A DNA stretch of 64,000 bases from Candidatus Bathyarchaeia archaeon (GTDB lineage Archaea > Thermoproteota > Bathyarchaeia > 40CM-2-53-6). This document shows positions 28,338 through 39,181 of the stretch, piece by piece. The notes beneath the pieces are model-generated. The model made no database searches and was not told where the DNA came from. It was given only the letters and a program-made list of their open reading frames with translations. The first letter of the stretch is position 1. Every line of letters begins with the position of its first letter. The DNA is taken from the NCBI GenBank assembly GCA_050013255.1, contig JBEKFP010000003.1, positions 32,001-96,000 of the forward strand. The letters run 5' to 3'. Position numbers and translations under genes: made by a program.

Positions 28338-28692
28338 GTGCCATATCCTTCTATGAAGATGGAGTCGCCATTAATTTGGCACGTCCGAATTCCGTGCGGT
28401 TATGACTGCCGTTATATAAGTAATTTCACGAACGCGCTGAATGTCGCTCAGGAAATTCTTGGCCTCGTAAGGATATTTTTCCGCACACTAGGCCTTAACC
28501 CTCAATTCTATGTCGATTTAAGCGCTTAAACTGATACAGCTGATCTGTGGTCTTAGTGTTGCGCCTGAGGGTGATATGACCAGTATCCAAGAAAGGGTCG
28601 GTCGACGAACACAACATGTTCATCTTTGCTACCGCTGGCTTTAGAGCTATCAAGAGGGGATAGGGAGAGGCGGGACTCGAATTCACGTCGAA

Positions 28693-29853
28693 CTACTGAT
28701 GGAAGTGTTCTAGTCCTTCTTGGAGTCGTTTCAGACCTTCTCTGATCTCAGGCAAAGAAACGGAATAGGACAATCTAAGATGTCCTCCGCCCGCTCTGCC
28801 AAACCCTGATCCGGGAACTGTCGCCACGGAGAATTCTCGAATCAGAGTCTCCGCCACAGCTTCATCGTTCTTGCTGAATTTCGAGATGTTTGGGAAAACG
28901 TAGAAGGCACCTTTCGGCGGTACATAGGAGATTCCATCAATTTCTTTTAATGCCTGCAGGACAACCCCTCTTCTTCTGGCGTATTCTTGAAGCATCTCTC
29001 TGACGCAGTCTTGTGAGCCGTTCAGTGCAGCGTAAGCAGCTTTTTGTGCAATTGTGCTAGCGCAGAGAACTGTATAGTAGTGGAGTTTGCTCATCTGACT
29101 GATCAATCTCCTTTCTGCCGCGACATACCCAATGCGCCAACCAGTCATCGCGTAGCTCTTCGAGAAACCGTTAGCAGTAATGACTCGGTCCGCCATACCG
29201 GGAAGGGAGCCTATACTTGTGTGCTCAGCGCCATCGTAAACAAGTTTCTCGTAGATCTCGTCCGCAAAAACTAAGAGGTCGTTCCTTTCAGCGACCGCAG
29301 CTACTTCTTCCAAATCCTTCTTCGAAAAGAGATGACCCGTGGGATTGACGGGGGAGCCCAGCCACACCATTTTCGTTCTTGGCGTAACATACTGTTCAAG
29401 GTGTTTGGCCTCAATTCGATAGGAAGTTTCCTCGCTGAGAGGAACCGTCACTGGCTTTGCGCCCGCGATCAATGTTTCCTCGAAATAGGCCGGATAATAA
29501 GGATCCAAAACTAGGGCTTCGTCACCACTTCCAAGAAAGGCTAGAGCCGTCAAGAACATAGCCTCCTGTGTGCCTGACACTACCAGAATTCCTTCAGCTC
29601 CGTCGACGGGGAGTTTGTTTTCTCGTGCGAGTTTCTCCGATATTGCCTTCCTCAACTCAGGCAATCCTGGGGTGGGTCCGTAATGTGTGAATCCGTCCTT
29701 CATGGCCTTGCTAGCGGCTTCAACTATATGCTGAGGTGTTGGAAAGTCGGGTTCTCCATGTTCAAAATGCATGACATCTTTCGACTGGGATGCTAGCTCA
29801 ATGAATCTTCTTATCGCCGACTCCTTGACATACTTGAGTCTGCTAGATAGCAC
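28693..29853 (-). CDS. Aminotransferase class I/II (aspartate aminotransferase-like)
   Basis: GEPDFPTP, NPTG, DEIY, FSKSYAMTGWRIG; start revised to GTG 29853. Confidence 0.95.
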   Translation of the reverse strand: MLSSRLKYVKESAIRRFIELASQSKDVMHFEHGEPDFPTPQHIVEAASKAMKDGFTHYGPTPGLPELRKAISEKLARENKLPVDGAEGILVVSGTQEAMFLTALAFLGSGDEALVLDPYYPAYFEETLIAGAKPVTVPLSEETSYRIEAKHLEQYVTPRTKMVWLGSPVNPTGHLFSKKDLEEVAAVAERNDLLVFADEIYEKLVYDGAEHTSIGSLPGMADRVITANGFSKSYAMTGWRIGYVAAERRLISQMSKLHYYTVLCASTIAQKAAYAALNGSQDCVREMLQEYARRRGVVLQALKEIDGISYVPPKGAFYVFPNISKFSKNDEAVAETLIREFSVATVPGSGFGRAGGGHLRLSYSVSLPEIREGLKRLQEGLEHFHQ

Positions 29854-29858
29854 ATCTC

Positions 29859-30149
29859 TCACGAATTGAGTCTCCCCATCATGAAGCCCCACGCTAAGGT
29901 AACACAACGTCGCGCCAGTGTCTCGGTGGGATCTATGATGCCTATACCCACGCCAAGCCCAACGGCAAATGGTAACTCTGCGCACGCCAGAACTACGGCT
30001 CGCGCTCCTCTCATCATCAAATTGCCTATCAATCCCTTCAGTCGCGCTCCAAGCTAAGATTCTGCTGGTGCTATCACCCCGATTCGTTTCTTTCTAAATT
30101 CTTCCTCGTAGACCCGCGTTTGGAATGTGGCTCTTGACCTGCTTAACCC
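29859..30149 (-). pseudogene. Aspartate/glutamate racemase pseudogene (C-terminal half)
   Basis: GLSRSRATFQTRVYEEEFRKKRIGVIAPAES*...GARAVVLACAELP..IIDPTETLARRCV; in-frame TAG at 30054-30056. Confidence 0.7.
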
Positions 30150-30359
30150 AAGCAGATGCGACGCGGGAGCAAGAGCCGCCTACAGAAAAATCCGTGAGAA
30201 AGTCCCCATGGTAAAGGAAGACCGCTGCTGATGTTGTAGTCGCGACGATGATTTCTGATGGAAGTTTGCTAGAGGCCGTTGAGTCTTCAGTCGGCAAGCT
30301 CGACTGATTCGCGATACTCTTATTGTGTTGCGCTACCCAAGCTTTAGCGATGAGAAAAA

Positions 30360-30749
30360 TTGGCGTATAAAGCGCTGAAAGCAGCTCGCGGTGCCCCGAG
30401 CGGCCGTAATGCAATGCGTATGATGCAGAAAATGGGAATGAAAGTCGACGAGGTTCCAGCAGTCTCTAAAGTCATCATAAAGACAGCTGGGAAGGACATC
30501 GTAATCGAGGAGCCCAACGTAACCCTGGTTACCGTCCAGGGGCAAGCAATGTATCAGATAGCAGGTGGCCGAGTGTCAGAATCCTCGACCGAAACGCCCA
30601 TTCAAACTGCTCCCTTGGAGTCGGACGTTCAGCTAGTGGCACAGCAGACAGGGAGGTCTTTGGAAGAAGCGAGGAAGGCTTTAGCAGAAGCTAGCGGGGA
30701 CCTAGCGAAGGCAATATTGACTCTTAAGGGTCAGACATCTACGGGCTAG
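30360..30749 (+). CDS. nac: Nascent polypeptide-associated complex protein
   Basis: MMQKMG, QGQAMYQI, DVQLVAQQTG..GDLAKAIL. Confidence 0.95.
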   Translation: MAYKALKAARGAPSGRNAMRMMQKMGMKVDEVPAVSKVIIKTAGKDIVIEEPNVTLVTVQGQAMYQIAGGRVSESSTETPIQTAPLESDVQLVAQQTGRSLEEARKALAEASGDLAKAILTLKGQTSTG

Positions 30750-31417
30750 GGCGCAAGTATTGGCGCTTCGATTACTTCGACTTTAGCCATTCTACTCTTA
30801 ATTCGTTTCAATCTGAAGAAGTCTTCGCGTTCCGCTTCTTCAAGGTGCATTTCAATATACCGTATCGTACCCAGCATTCGAGGGATTACAACGTATTCCA
30901 ATGAATTTACGCGTCTCTTAGTGGCCGCTATCGCTTCGGCTAGCTTCTTGACTGCGGCTTCGGCACTGGATAGTTCCGCTATTGCTTTGATAGCCTCAGC
31001 CATTCTCAGCGTTGCTTCATCAAGTTTAACTGATGTGTCATAGACATTGTACGGGAACCCGTTCAGGGGCTTTACATTCACTTGGATGTAGGGGATTGTA
31101 ACGCCAATCACATTTCTTGTCTTTGTCTCAATTGAAAACCTATCATCAACGCCAATTGAAGTCTGCTGAAGTCTCGTGTAACCCATTGCCATTTGGGCTC
31201 CAACGAAATCGTCGTAGGCCTCGGCCAACAAGTTTTGTGCTTTGCTTCTGAGGGCAGTTATCTCGCGGACGAATTGAAAGAATTCGATCATTAGCGCGTC
31301 GAGCTTCTCTCTAAGAAGGTCGCGTCCCCTTTCTGCAATTCTCCGTCTCTTCCGTAACGTGAGGAGTTCCATTCGGGTTGGGTGGACGCCAGCAATCAGT
31401 TCGGGGATCACTTTCAC
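30746..31417 (-). CDS. atpD: A/V-type ATP synthase subunit D
   Basis: [30 protein letters not shown]. Confidence 0.97.
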   Translation of the reverse strand: MKVIPELIAGVHPTRMELLTLRKRRRIAERGRDLLREKLDALMIEFFQFVREITALRSKAQNLLAEAYDDFVGAQMAMGYTRLQQTSIGVDDRFSIETKTRNVIGVTIPYIQVNVKPLNGFPYNVYDTSVKLDEATLRMAEAIKAIAELSSAEAAVKKLAEAIAATKRRVNSLEYVVIPRMLGTIRYIEMHLEEAEREDFFRLKRIKSRMAKVEVIEAPILAP

Positions 31418-32808
31418 GCCCCAGTCCGGTATTTGGGATGATACTGTTTGATTGTTGCTGGGTCTACGCGTTTAAGCTCATTTTCAGGAAGCGCGGCTAG
31501 AAGGTTCCATCCTATCTCTAGCGTTTTCTCAATGTCGCGGTTCTCGTATTCACCTTGCCCAATAAAGCGCCGCTCGAAATCGTCAGCAAACTTCAGGTAT
31601 ATCTTATCCCTAGCTGAGAGTGCTTCTTCTCCCACTACGGCCACTAGGTCTCTGAAGGCTCTGCCCTCGGCGTATGCGTAGTAGAGCTGGTCGGAAACTT
31701 CCCTGTGGTCCTGCCGTGTCCTTTCCTTACCAATGCCTTCGCGCATAAGCCGGGAGAGGGACGGAGATACGTCGATTGGTGGGTAGATACCTTTTCTGTG
31801 TAAGCCCCTGTCCACGATCAATTGGCCTTCGGTGATATAGCCCGTGAGGTTGGGGATGGGATGCGTGATGTCGTCGTGGGGCATTGTCAGAATGGGCATT
31901 TGAGTTATTGATCCCTTCGCACCCCGGATTCTTCCGGCGCGTTCGTATATCGTGGATAGGTCAGTGTAAAGGTAGCCTGGGTAACCTCTTCGTCCGGGGA
32001 CTTCTTCCCTGGCCGCCGAAATTTCCCGTAAGGCTTCAGCGTAATTAGTCATGTCAGTGATGATGACGAGTACATGCATGTCTAGTTTGAATGCGAAGAA
32101 CTCTGCCGCGGTTAAGGCCATGCGTGGGGTGAGAATTCTTTCTATCGCTGGGTCGTCGGCTAGGTTGACGAACATTGTAACGTGTTCGAAGGCGCCTTGC
32201 TTTTCGAAGTCTTCCCTGAAGAATCTTGCTTCATCTGCAGTGATCCCGATTGCCGCGAATACGGTTGAGAACGGTTCGCCTGTCCCCCGAACGCTTGCTT
32301 GCCGTGCGACCTGAGCAGCAACGCGATTGTGGGGGAGCCCCGCGCCAGAGAACAATGGGAGTTTCTGTCCCCTAACGAGAGTATTCATTCCATCTATAGC
32401 CGAAATACCGGTCTGAATGAACTCCCGGGGGTAGGTCCTTGCGTAAGGGTTAATGGGCGAACCGTGGACGTCCCAGTAATCCTCTGGAATAATCCGAGGG
32501 CCGCCATCTATCGGGTTACCGCTTCCGTCAAGAATTCTGCCTAACAGGTCGCTTGATACGGGCAGCTTGACGGTTTCACCTAGGAATCGGACGCTTGTGG
32601 AAGGGATGTCGAGGCCAGATGTTCCCTCGAAGACTTGCACAACTGCTAGGTCACGGCGAACTTCGAGAACTTGGCCGCGTCTTTCTTCGCCTGTGGGTGT
32701 GCGAATTCTAACTAGTTCGCCGTACCCAACGCCCTTGACGTTTTTGACGAAGAGAAGTGGGCCTGAAATTTCATTAACCGTTGAATATTCGCGAACGATA
32801 ACGGACAT
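31414..32808 (-). CDS. atpB: A/V-type ATP synthase subunit B
   Basis: [26 protein letters not shown]. Confidence 0.98.
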   Translation of the reverse strand: MSVIVREYSTVNEISGPLLFVKNVKGVGYGELVRIRTPTGEERRGQVLEVRRDLAVVQVFEGTSGLDIPSTSVRFLGETVKLPVSSDLLGRILDGSGNPIDGGPRIIPEDYWDVHGSPINPYARTYPREFIQTGISAIDGMNTLVRGQKLPLFSGAGLPHNRVAAQVARQASVRGTGEPFSTVFAAIGITADEARFFREDFEKQGAFEHVTMFVNLADDPAIERILTPRMALTAAEFFAFKLDMHVLVIITDMTNYAEALREISAAREEVPGRRGYPGYLYTDLSTIYERAGRIRGAKGSITQMPILTMPHDDITHPIPNLTGYITEGQLIVDRGLHRKGIYPPIDVSPSLSRLMREGIGKERTRQDHREVSDQLYYAYAEGRAFRDLVAVVGEEALSARDKIYLKFADDFERRFIGQGEYENRDIEKTLEIGWNLLAALPENELKRVDPATIKQYHPKYRTGA

Positions 32809-32817
32809 TTTCTCGCC

Positions 32818-34608
32818 TCATTTTGCGGCTTCAAGAAGTTCGCTGCTTAGTTTCTCGAATTCGTGGCCCATCCTGGCCGTAAGTTCTTTGGCGAAGACGT
32901 CAAAGGTTTGGGATGGTTGAATCTTGGCTCTTGCAATTTCATCTTTGACTGGGATTTCAAGGGTTCTTTGAAGTGGAACGCCCTTTTCCGTGGATTCCTT
33001 CATCTTCTCATAGAACTTCAAGATGAGAGACATTAAGCTGAAGGTCTTTTCGGGAGAGCAGTAGCTGTCGACTGGGTGCAGGGCGCTCTGAATGAGGAAA
33101 TCTTCCTTAATCATACGGGCCGCCTCCAGGACTACTCGTTGGCTCTCAGAGAGCGCGTCAGGCCCGACGAGCATCACGATTTCTCGAAGTTCCTCATCTC
33201 GCTGAAGCAGTGCCATGCCATCCTTTCGAAGATTGGACCATTCCGGACTAATTTCTGTCCGGTACCAGTTTTCTAGTGAATCCAAGTAAAGGGAGTAGCT
33301 GGTCAACCAGTCAATCGCGGGGAAGTGTCTTCGCTCGGCTAATGGTTTGCTTAACGCCCAGAATACCTTCACGATCCTAAGCGTATTCTGAGTGACTGGT
33401 TCTGAAAAGTCACCTCCCGACGGGGATACCGCGCCTACGAGAGAGACTGAACCAAGCTTGTTCGAGTCGCTACCGATCACTTTGACCCTGCCGGCCCTCT
33501 CGTAGATTTGAGCTAATCTGGACGCCAAGTAGGCAGGATAGCCTTCCTCGCCAGGCATTTCCTCCAGGCGGCCGGAGACTTCTCGTAAAGCCTCAGCCCA
33601 TCGTGAAGTAGAATCAGCCATCAATGCCACATTGTAGCCCATGTCTCTGAAGTATTCTGCCAGTGTCACGCCCGTGTACATACTCGCCTCGCGGGCGGCG
33701 ATGGGCATGTTTGATGTGTTCGCCACTAGGATTGTCCGTTCCATCAAAGGTTGGCCGGAACGCGGGTCCTTGAGCTCTGGAAATGTTTCCAGAACTTCGG
33801 TCATCTCATTTCCACGTTCACCGCAGCCGACGTAAACGATCACATCAGCATCGGCCCACTTGGCCAGCTGGTGTTGCGTTATCGTTTTCCCGGTCCCGAA
33901 ATCTCCGGGAATCGCGGCTGTACCACCTTTTGCGATTGGAAAGAAGAAGTCGATAATTCGTTGGCCAGTTATGAGGGGTGTGTCGGAGGGAACCTTTTCG
34001 CGGTTGGGACGTGGGATGCGGACTGGCCACGAATGCATCAAGTACAGCTTGATTACACCATGGCTTGTTTCAACTTCAGCAATCGGATCTTCAACGGTGT
34101 AAGATCCTTTCGAGACAATTGACTTGAGGGTCCCGTTCACGTCTGGGGGAACCAAAATCCTATGCTTCACCAGAACAGTTTCGGGAACTTCACCAAGGAC
34201 ATCTCCGCCGGTAGCTTTGTCTCCCTTTTTCATAGCCGGAGTAAATTCCCATTTCTTCTTTCGATCAAGTGCTGGGGCTGTTATGCCTCTTCGAATGAAA
34301 GGCCCTCCCTTTTCGAGGAGAAAAGGCAAGGGTCTTTGTGTTCCGTCGAAAAACTGATTCACCAATCCAGGCCCGAGTTCAACTGAAAGGGGTTTGCCTG
34401 TTCGCTCTACGATTTCGCCCGGTTTAATTCCCGTAGTCTCTTCATAGACTTGGATTGTGGCGGTGTCGGCTTCGACCCGGATAATTTCACCAATAAGTCC
34501 TGAGCCGCCCACTTTGACAAGCTCGTACATGCGGGACCCAAGCATGCTTGATGCTACGACGACTGGTCCGGCAACCCGTTCAATTTTCCCGGGTTTGAAG
34601 CCTGACAA
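32818..34608 (-). CDS. atpA: A/V-type ATP synthase subunit A
   Basis: PGDFGTGKT, GCGERGNEM, EEGYPAYL. Confidence 0.98.
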   Translation of the reverse strand: MSGFKPGKIERVAGPVVVASSMLGSRMYELVKVGGSGLIGEIIRVEADTATIQVYEETTGIKPGEIVERTGKPLSVELGPGLVNQFFDGTQRPLPFLLEKGGPFIRRGITAPALDRKKKWEFTPAMKKGDKATGGDVLGEVPETVLVKHRILVPPDVNGTLKSIVSKGSYTVEDPIAEVETSHGVIKLYLMHSWPVRIPRPNREKVPSDTPLITGQRIIDFFFPIAKGGTAAIPGDFGTGKTITQHQLAKWADADVIVYVGCGERGNEMTEVLETFPELKDPRSGQPLMERTILVANTSNMPIAAREASMYTGVTLAEYFRDMGYNVALMADSTSRWAEALREVSGRLEEMPGEEGYPAYLASRLAQIYERAGRVKVIGSDSNKLGSVSLVGAVSPSGGDFSEPVTQNTLRIVKVFWALSKPLAERRHFPAIDWLTSYSLYLDSLENWYRTEISPEWSNLRKDGMALLQRDEELREIVMLVGPDALSESQRVVLEAARMIKEDFLIQSALHPVDSYCSPEKTFSLMSLILKFYEKMKESTEKGVPLQRTLEIPVKDEIARAKIQPSQTFDVFAKELTARMGHEFEKLSSELLEAAK

Positions 34609-34683
34609 ATTAGTTTCCTCTAACTGAGAGCCGCTGTCATATTGAAGGTTCGTACTTATTGCTTTCGTTACAAGTACGTCGGA

Positions 34684-35703
34684 CTAGTCCGGTGAGCTGA
34701 TTAGGTGTTTTCCCTCTTCCATTATCTGCTTGTCGTCAATCCAGATACTGCACTTCAGCATTATGCCGTCAACATGCGTCTTCGCACTCCAATCGGCACC
34801 TGTCTCTTCAGCGTAGGGGTCGCCGAACGCACAATGAACTGAAGGGAATTTTTCATCTTGTAGCAAATTCCCGGTCAGCCGTTCCAGGAATGTGTTTGTA
34901 CCAATTGCGAATTCTCCTAGTCGTGTCCCGTTGGGATCCTCGCTAAGATATCCTTGAAATTCGAGACGTAGTTGCTCGTTTGCGCATGTGATTGAGCCGA
35001 GGTCAACACGCGAATCTTTCACATGCAGTGTTACAGGGGTTTTTGAGAGGACACCATACTTCGGGCTGAACCAGTCTCCGAGTTCATCGATCACCATCTT
35101 GCCATTTGCTTTGTAGGCTGCGGTGAATATCTCACCGTCCGGAAGGTTCCCCCACATACCCTTTTCAGGGTAAAGCCCGTCGGACACTTTCCATCTCCAT
35201 GAGGGATGAAACTCGACGTTAAGTTCAGTTCCTGCCTTGTTAACGACCCTTGCCTTCTTACAACCCTTCACGACTTGATCTACTTTCTTTGTGAGCTCAG
35301 AGATCTTTCTGTAGTCAGCACACATTCCAGTTTCCATGAGTTCCCTTGTAATCCCGGGCATGTGTGCGTGCCTAGCGTACTTTATCGCTGTCCGGATGAA
35401 AGGCCCTCTAACTGAAAGCTCTCCCTTTTGACTAGCCGCCGCATAGAACGTAACATCTGCCCATGGAACTAGGTCAAGTATGGGTTTCGGTAATTTCTTC
35501 GCAGGGCGCTCTGTATAGTCTTCGAGGATCAGCAGTTTTACGTTCCCTTTTGATCTCTTGTCGGCAGCCTTGGAAATGGCATCGCCAACCTCGAACGTAG
35601 CACGGTCTGTCAAAATCAATACGTGTTCCCCATTCTTTACGGCCATACAGGCGTCTACAGCGTTTTTCGCGCCTTCTGCTAAGGTTCCCATTGCTTGTAT
35701 CAC
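34684..35703 (-). CDS. Aminopeptidase (M29-like)
   Basis: NLPDGE, GEFAIGTN, QDEK..HCAFG, HVDG. Confidence 0.85.
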   Translation of the reverse strand: MIQAMGTLAEGAKNAVDACMAVKNGEHVLILTDRATFEVGDAISKAADKRSKGNVKLLILEDYTERPAKKLPKPILDLVPWADVTFYAAASQKGELSVRGPFIRTAIKYARHAHMPGITRELMETGMCADYRKISELTKKVDQVVKGCKKARVVNKAGTELNVEFHPSWRWKVSDGLYPEKGMWGNLPDGEIFTAAYKANGKMVIDELGDWFSPKYGVLSKTPVTLHVKDSRVDLGSITCANEQLRLEFQGYLSEDPNGTRLGEFAIGTNTFLERLTGNLLQDEKFPSVHCAFGDPYAEETGADWSAKTHVDGIMLKCSIWIDDKQIMEEGKHLISSPD

Positions 35704-36446
35704 TTCGAACTCTTTGACGTGTTAATTCTCATTCGAGTTATGACAATGATAAAGAACCCTTCTGCGATTAATACGATGCCGAATATTGCCAGATTTAGTG
35801 GGAGCACATAGGTTACTACTAGTCTGGGGTAGTAGTTTTCACTCGGAACTTGGTCATGCGTGAAGAATTGGGTGGTATAGAGGCTGGTTGCATATTCTTG
35901 TGTGTCTTTCACCACGAGCCCATAGTTACTCACGCCTGATTGCCAGTCTCTCATTATGTTGGTTATGTCCCAATTCACCCATAGCAAAGGCCCGTACCAG
36001 CCACCTTGGCCTGGCGGAACTGCAGCTATGGCGTGATGTTCTTCGGTGAAGTTGGGTTGATTAACCCAGTTAACCCCCGTTTCACTCCAAGGCTGTTTGA
36101 GGCGGTAAACTCCGTATATTCTGCCCGTTGAATCTTCAGTGCCCAAAGCTGGGTCGCCTTTGGACCACAACCGTAGGCGAAACTCGGCTGAAACAACCCA
36201 AGCCTCTGATGGAATCGAGCTCACATCGAATTCTATCCAACCTCTCATGTTGTATGGCGGCTTGTTGTAAGAGGTGATTTCAAAATTATCAGAGTGGCCG
36301 TTATTGGCCTTTGGAACTGATTGCCAACTATAACTATCCTTATCCGGATAGATTGTTGTGGTCTTGACCGATGTCATCCAAAAGATCCCAGCCGTGGAAA
36401 CGGCGAGAATGAGGATTAGTAGGAGGCTGCGTTTCATTGAAGGCAA
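35700..36446 (-). CDS. DNRLRE-domain membrane/secreted protein
   Basis: FDVSSIP, WSETGVNWVNQP, WDIT..W..NYGL, PRLVVTY. Confidence 0.8.
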   Translation of the reverse strand: MPSMKRSLLLILILAVSTAGIFWMTSVKTTTIYPDKDSYSWQSVPKANNGHSDNFEITSYNKPPYNMRGWIEFDVSSIPSEAWVVSAEFRLRLWSKGDPALGTEDSTGRIYGVYRLKQPWSETGVNWVNQPNFTEEHHAIAAVPPGQGGWYGPLLWVNWDITNIMRDWQSGVSNYGLVVKDTQEYATSLYTTQFFTHDQVPSENYYPRLVVTYVLPLNLAIFGIVLIAEGFFIIVITRMRINTSKSSK

Positions 36447-36535
36447 CCTATTGGGTAAGCGAAGAACAAATGGTCAAAGCCATAACTCTTGTTGTTACCA
36501 GGTAACTTGAGGAGGCGAAAACCATCTTAAGATTC

Positions 36536-37117
36536 GTGCTTAGCTTGGCGAGAATGAAGTCGATTCCAAGAAGCGGGTGGATTACCCACGGAGTATCACT
36601 GCAGGATGTTGAATCAGTTGCAGATCATTCATTTTCAACTTGTTCGCTCGCGCTCCTCATCTCAGATCTCGAAGCGCAGCGAGGAGAACATGTGAACATA
36701 GAGCGCGTATTGCGATTAGCCCTCCTGCACGATTTGTCCGAATCCTTAACCTTCGATATTAGCAAGGCGTACTTAGAATACTTAGGTCCGAGGGGTGCGG
36801 CGATCAAAAGGGATCTGGAGCACTCAGCTTGGAAATACATAGTCGACGGTTTGCACAATCCGAAGCTCCATCGAAGCTATTCGGCCCTTCAGAAGGAATT
36901 CGACGCGGAAAAAACCTTTGAATCTAGAATTGTCCGCGCCGCCGACAGGTTGGACATACTCCTACAGGTAATTGAATACCGCCGAAGAGGCTACCCAGAA
37001 TACATGTTAGCAGACCTTTGGAGCGGAACGATCAAGAAGCTCCGTTCCTGTAGGATCCAGTCAGCCCTAAAGATTCAAAGGATCCTAATCCACGAAGCCA
37101 GAAAGAAGCGGACTTGA
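36536..37117 (+). CDS. HD-domain hydrolase (YfbR-like)
   Basis: PRSGW, ESVADHS, LLHDLSE, ADRLD. Confidence 0.9.
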   Translation: MLSLARMKSIPRSGWITHGVSLQDVESVADHSFSTCSLALLISDLEAQRGEHVNIERVLRLALLHDLSESLTFDISKAYLEYLGPRGAAIKRDLEHSAWKYIVDGLHNPKLHRSYSALQKEFDAEKTFESRIVRAADRLDILLQVIEYRRRGYPEYMLADLWSGTIKKLRSCRIQSALKIQRILIHEARKKRT

Positions 37118-37130
37118 AAATACCAAGGTC

Positions 37131-37562
37131 TCAAATGATGTGAATGTAGCTAATAGGTAGCTGCAGCACGCCTACTCCGTTCTCATATATCCAAATGCCA
37201 AACTCCCCAGAACTTGGTTCTGCAACTAGGGACAACGCGTAGGGGGAGAACTGGTAGAAGCCCATGTGAGTTTGGAGGTCCGTCTGTGAGAGGAAGAGGC
37301 CGTGACCCGGATGGGAATGGTACCATCCCACAATGCGTCCCTCTATTTTTCCTTCAACGATATCGTTTGCGACCTGTGCAAGGCGCTGGGCCGGAAAAAC
37401 GCAGGAAACCTCATTTGTTTCGTTCCCTCCGGCTATGATGTCATTGACCCAAAGCGATTCGTCCTCTAAGGCCCCCATTAGCAGGCCTATTCGCTCAAAG
37501 GGCCGGTTCACGTCCCGTGCAATTCGCTCAATTACACGGTTCGTTATGAATACCTTAAACAA
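37131..37562 (-). CDS. JAB/MPN (Mov34) metalloprotease
   Basis: E.IGLLMG; GWYHSHPG..FLS.TD. Confidence 0.9.
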   Translation of the reverse strand: MFKVFITNRVIERIARDVNRPFERIGLLMGALEDESLWVNDIIAGGNETNEVSCVFPAQRLAQVANDIVEGKIEGRIVGWYHSHPGHGLFLSQTDLQTHMGFYQFSPYALSLVAEPSSGEFGIWIYENGVGVLQLPISYIHII

Positions 37563-37789
37563 CTTCGGTCACGGAACTAGGGGCAACCTCGCCGGCGTCA
37601 AGATAAGATTTCAACCCTAAACTCCAAAGAATGCAGCCTCCCACGAAGGCTTATTCACCATGAATCTGTCCATTAAAGACGGGACGGCAGAGTGCACCTG
37701 AACTCTGTTCTAAACTGTGAACGGCCTGTTCAAAAGCGCGGGATTAATGCGAGGGTGCTCATCATGCAGCTGAGTTAGACAAGCAGGAG

Positions 37790-38533
37790 GTGCAATGCAT
37801 GAGTGAAATTGCGAGTAGAAGGCTCTTCTATCTAGCTGCTATCGCCATGGTGGCGATTGTGCTCATTAGTGCTATAGCCCTGATTAAACCCACAACTACC
37901 CTTCAAACCCCCGGTCAGAACGCGAATCCAAAGACTATCCAAGTTACAGGTACAGCGATCGTAAATGCAGCCCCCGATAAGGCGATCTTGGTATTGGCCG
38001 TCCAGACACAAGCCGCTAGCGCAACACAGGCTGCTGCTGACAACGCGGCAACCATGACAAATGTTCTTGCCGCGCTGAGCAATTTGGGAATAGACAAGAG
38101 CTCGATTGAAACTGCGTTTTACACTTTATCGCCGGTCTACGATCAAACGACGCCCTCCAAGTTAATTGGATACTCCGTGCGGAACGCGATTCAAGTGACC
38201 TTGAAGGACTTTAGCTTGGTCGGCAAGGCGCTGGACGCGGCGGTCACGGCCGGGGTAAACGAAGTACAGGGAATCACATTCACCCTTTCGGACACCGCCC
38301 TAGCGACTCTTCAGAAACAGGCACTAGGCCAGGCGCTCCAGGATGCAAATGCTCAAGCGCGTGCAGCCGCTTCGAATCTAGGAGTCAGCATTGTCGGTCC
38401 AATATCGGTGTCGCCCGGATACGTTTTCCAACCAACCTACCGAACCTACAGTGCAGCTGCGGAACCAACTCCAATACAACCCGGTACGTTACAGGTAACA
38501 GTCACAGTGCAAGTAACTTACCAGTTCGCGTAG
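37790..38533 (+). CDS. SIMPL (DUF541) domain protein
   Basis: IQVTG..APD.A, GVNEVQGITF, PG.LQV. Confidence 0.9.
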   Translation: MQCMSEIASRRLFYLAAIAMVAIVLISAIALIKPTTTLQTPGQNANPKTIQVTGTAIVNAAPDKAILVLAVQTQAASATQAAADNAATMTNVLAALSNLGIDKSSIETAFYTLSPVYDQTTPSKLIGYSVRNAIQVTLKDFSLVGKALDAAVTAGVNEVQGITFTLSDTALATLQKQALGQALQDANAQARAAASNLGVSIVGPISVSPGYVFQPTYRTYSAAAEPTPIQPGTLQVTVTVQVTYQFA

Positions 38534-38540
38534 ACTTAGA

Positions 38541-39173
38541 CTAGAGGCCCAGGAAACGTGGCGTGACGTACGATTCGAAGTAGGCGGCGATGGCGAACAG
38601 ACCTACTGACAACAATGAGAGCAATAGCGTGTCGCTAACTCCCTCCTTTAGAAGCGGCCGGTCGACGTTACGGCCGCTTAACTTTTCGTATAACGCCCGC
38701 GTAGTCGTAATGTGCCACCGTGCAAGTCCAGCAAACTCCAGTATGAACGCCGGGATCTCGAAGACCCCGTGAGGCGTCAAACCAGCAATCGTGTACATTG
38801 CACCCTTCGTGAGATCCGCAAAAGAGATAACCGCACCTATCACGACAGCATTTAGAAGCAGTTCATAACCCAAACTAAAGGCGCCAATGAAAGGAGCCCA
38901 AACCCATATTCTGAGAGGATTCCAGAAGTGTCCGATGTTGCTCAGGAAAATCAAAACGTAAAGGCCCTTCGTATAAGGTGGGGGTATTGCAACATAAGTC
39001 CTAGTCGAGCCGACTAGATTTTCGAAGCTTTTCATCAGTTCAGGAGATGTCAAGAGAACGGCGTATGCAATTACCGCCGTCAGAATGATTATCGCGAAGA
39101 ACGTTATCGCGACTACTGAGATCAGAAGCTTGTTTCGAACGAGGGCCCCGCGTATGGCTGCGGTAATTGGCAT
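38541..39173 (-). CDS. SpoIIM/DUF95 family membrane protein
   Basis: PHGVFEIPA; AAYFESYVTP. Confidence 0.85.
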   Translation of the reverse strand: MPITAAIRGALVRNKLLISVVAITFFAIIILTAVIAYAVLLTSPELMKSFENLVGSTRTYVAIPPPYTKGLYVLIFLSNIGHFWNPLRIWVWAPFIGAFSLGYELLLNAVVIGAVISFADLTKGAMYTIAGLTPHGVFEIPAFILEFAGLARWHITTTRALYEKLSGRNVDRPLLKEGVSDTLLLSLLSVGLFAIAAYFESYVTPRFLGL

Positions 39174-39181
39174 TGAAGGCA

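Noticed and set aside
28338-28690. Short ORFs between the subtilase and the aminotransferase
   Set aside because: No recognisable motifs; probably non-coding or decayed.
30054-30056. Pyrrolysine or readthrough of the TAG in the racemase frame
   Set aside because: The gene also lacks an intact N-half and appears internally shortened; no pyl genes are seen.
32818-34608. Intein in atpA
   Set aside because: Normal length (596 aa) and continuous motifs.
37686-37780. Riboswitch upstream of the SIMPL gene
   Set aside because: Only short 5-6 bp hairpins and no recognisable aptamer consensus.
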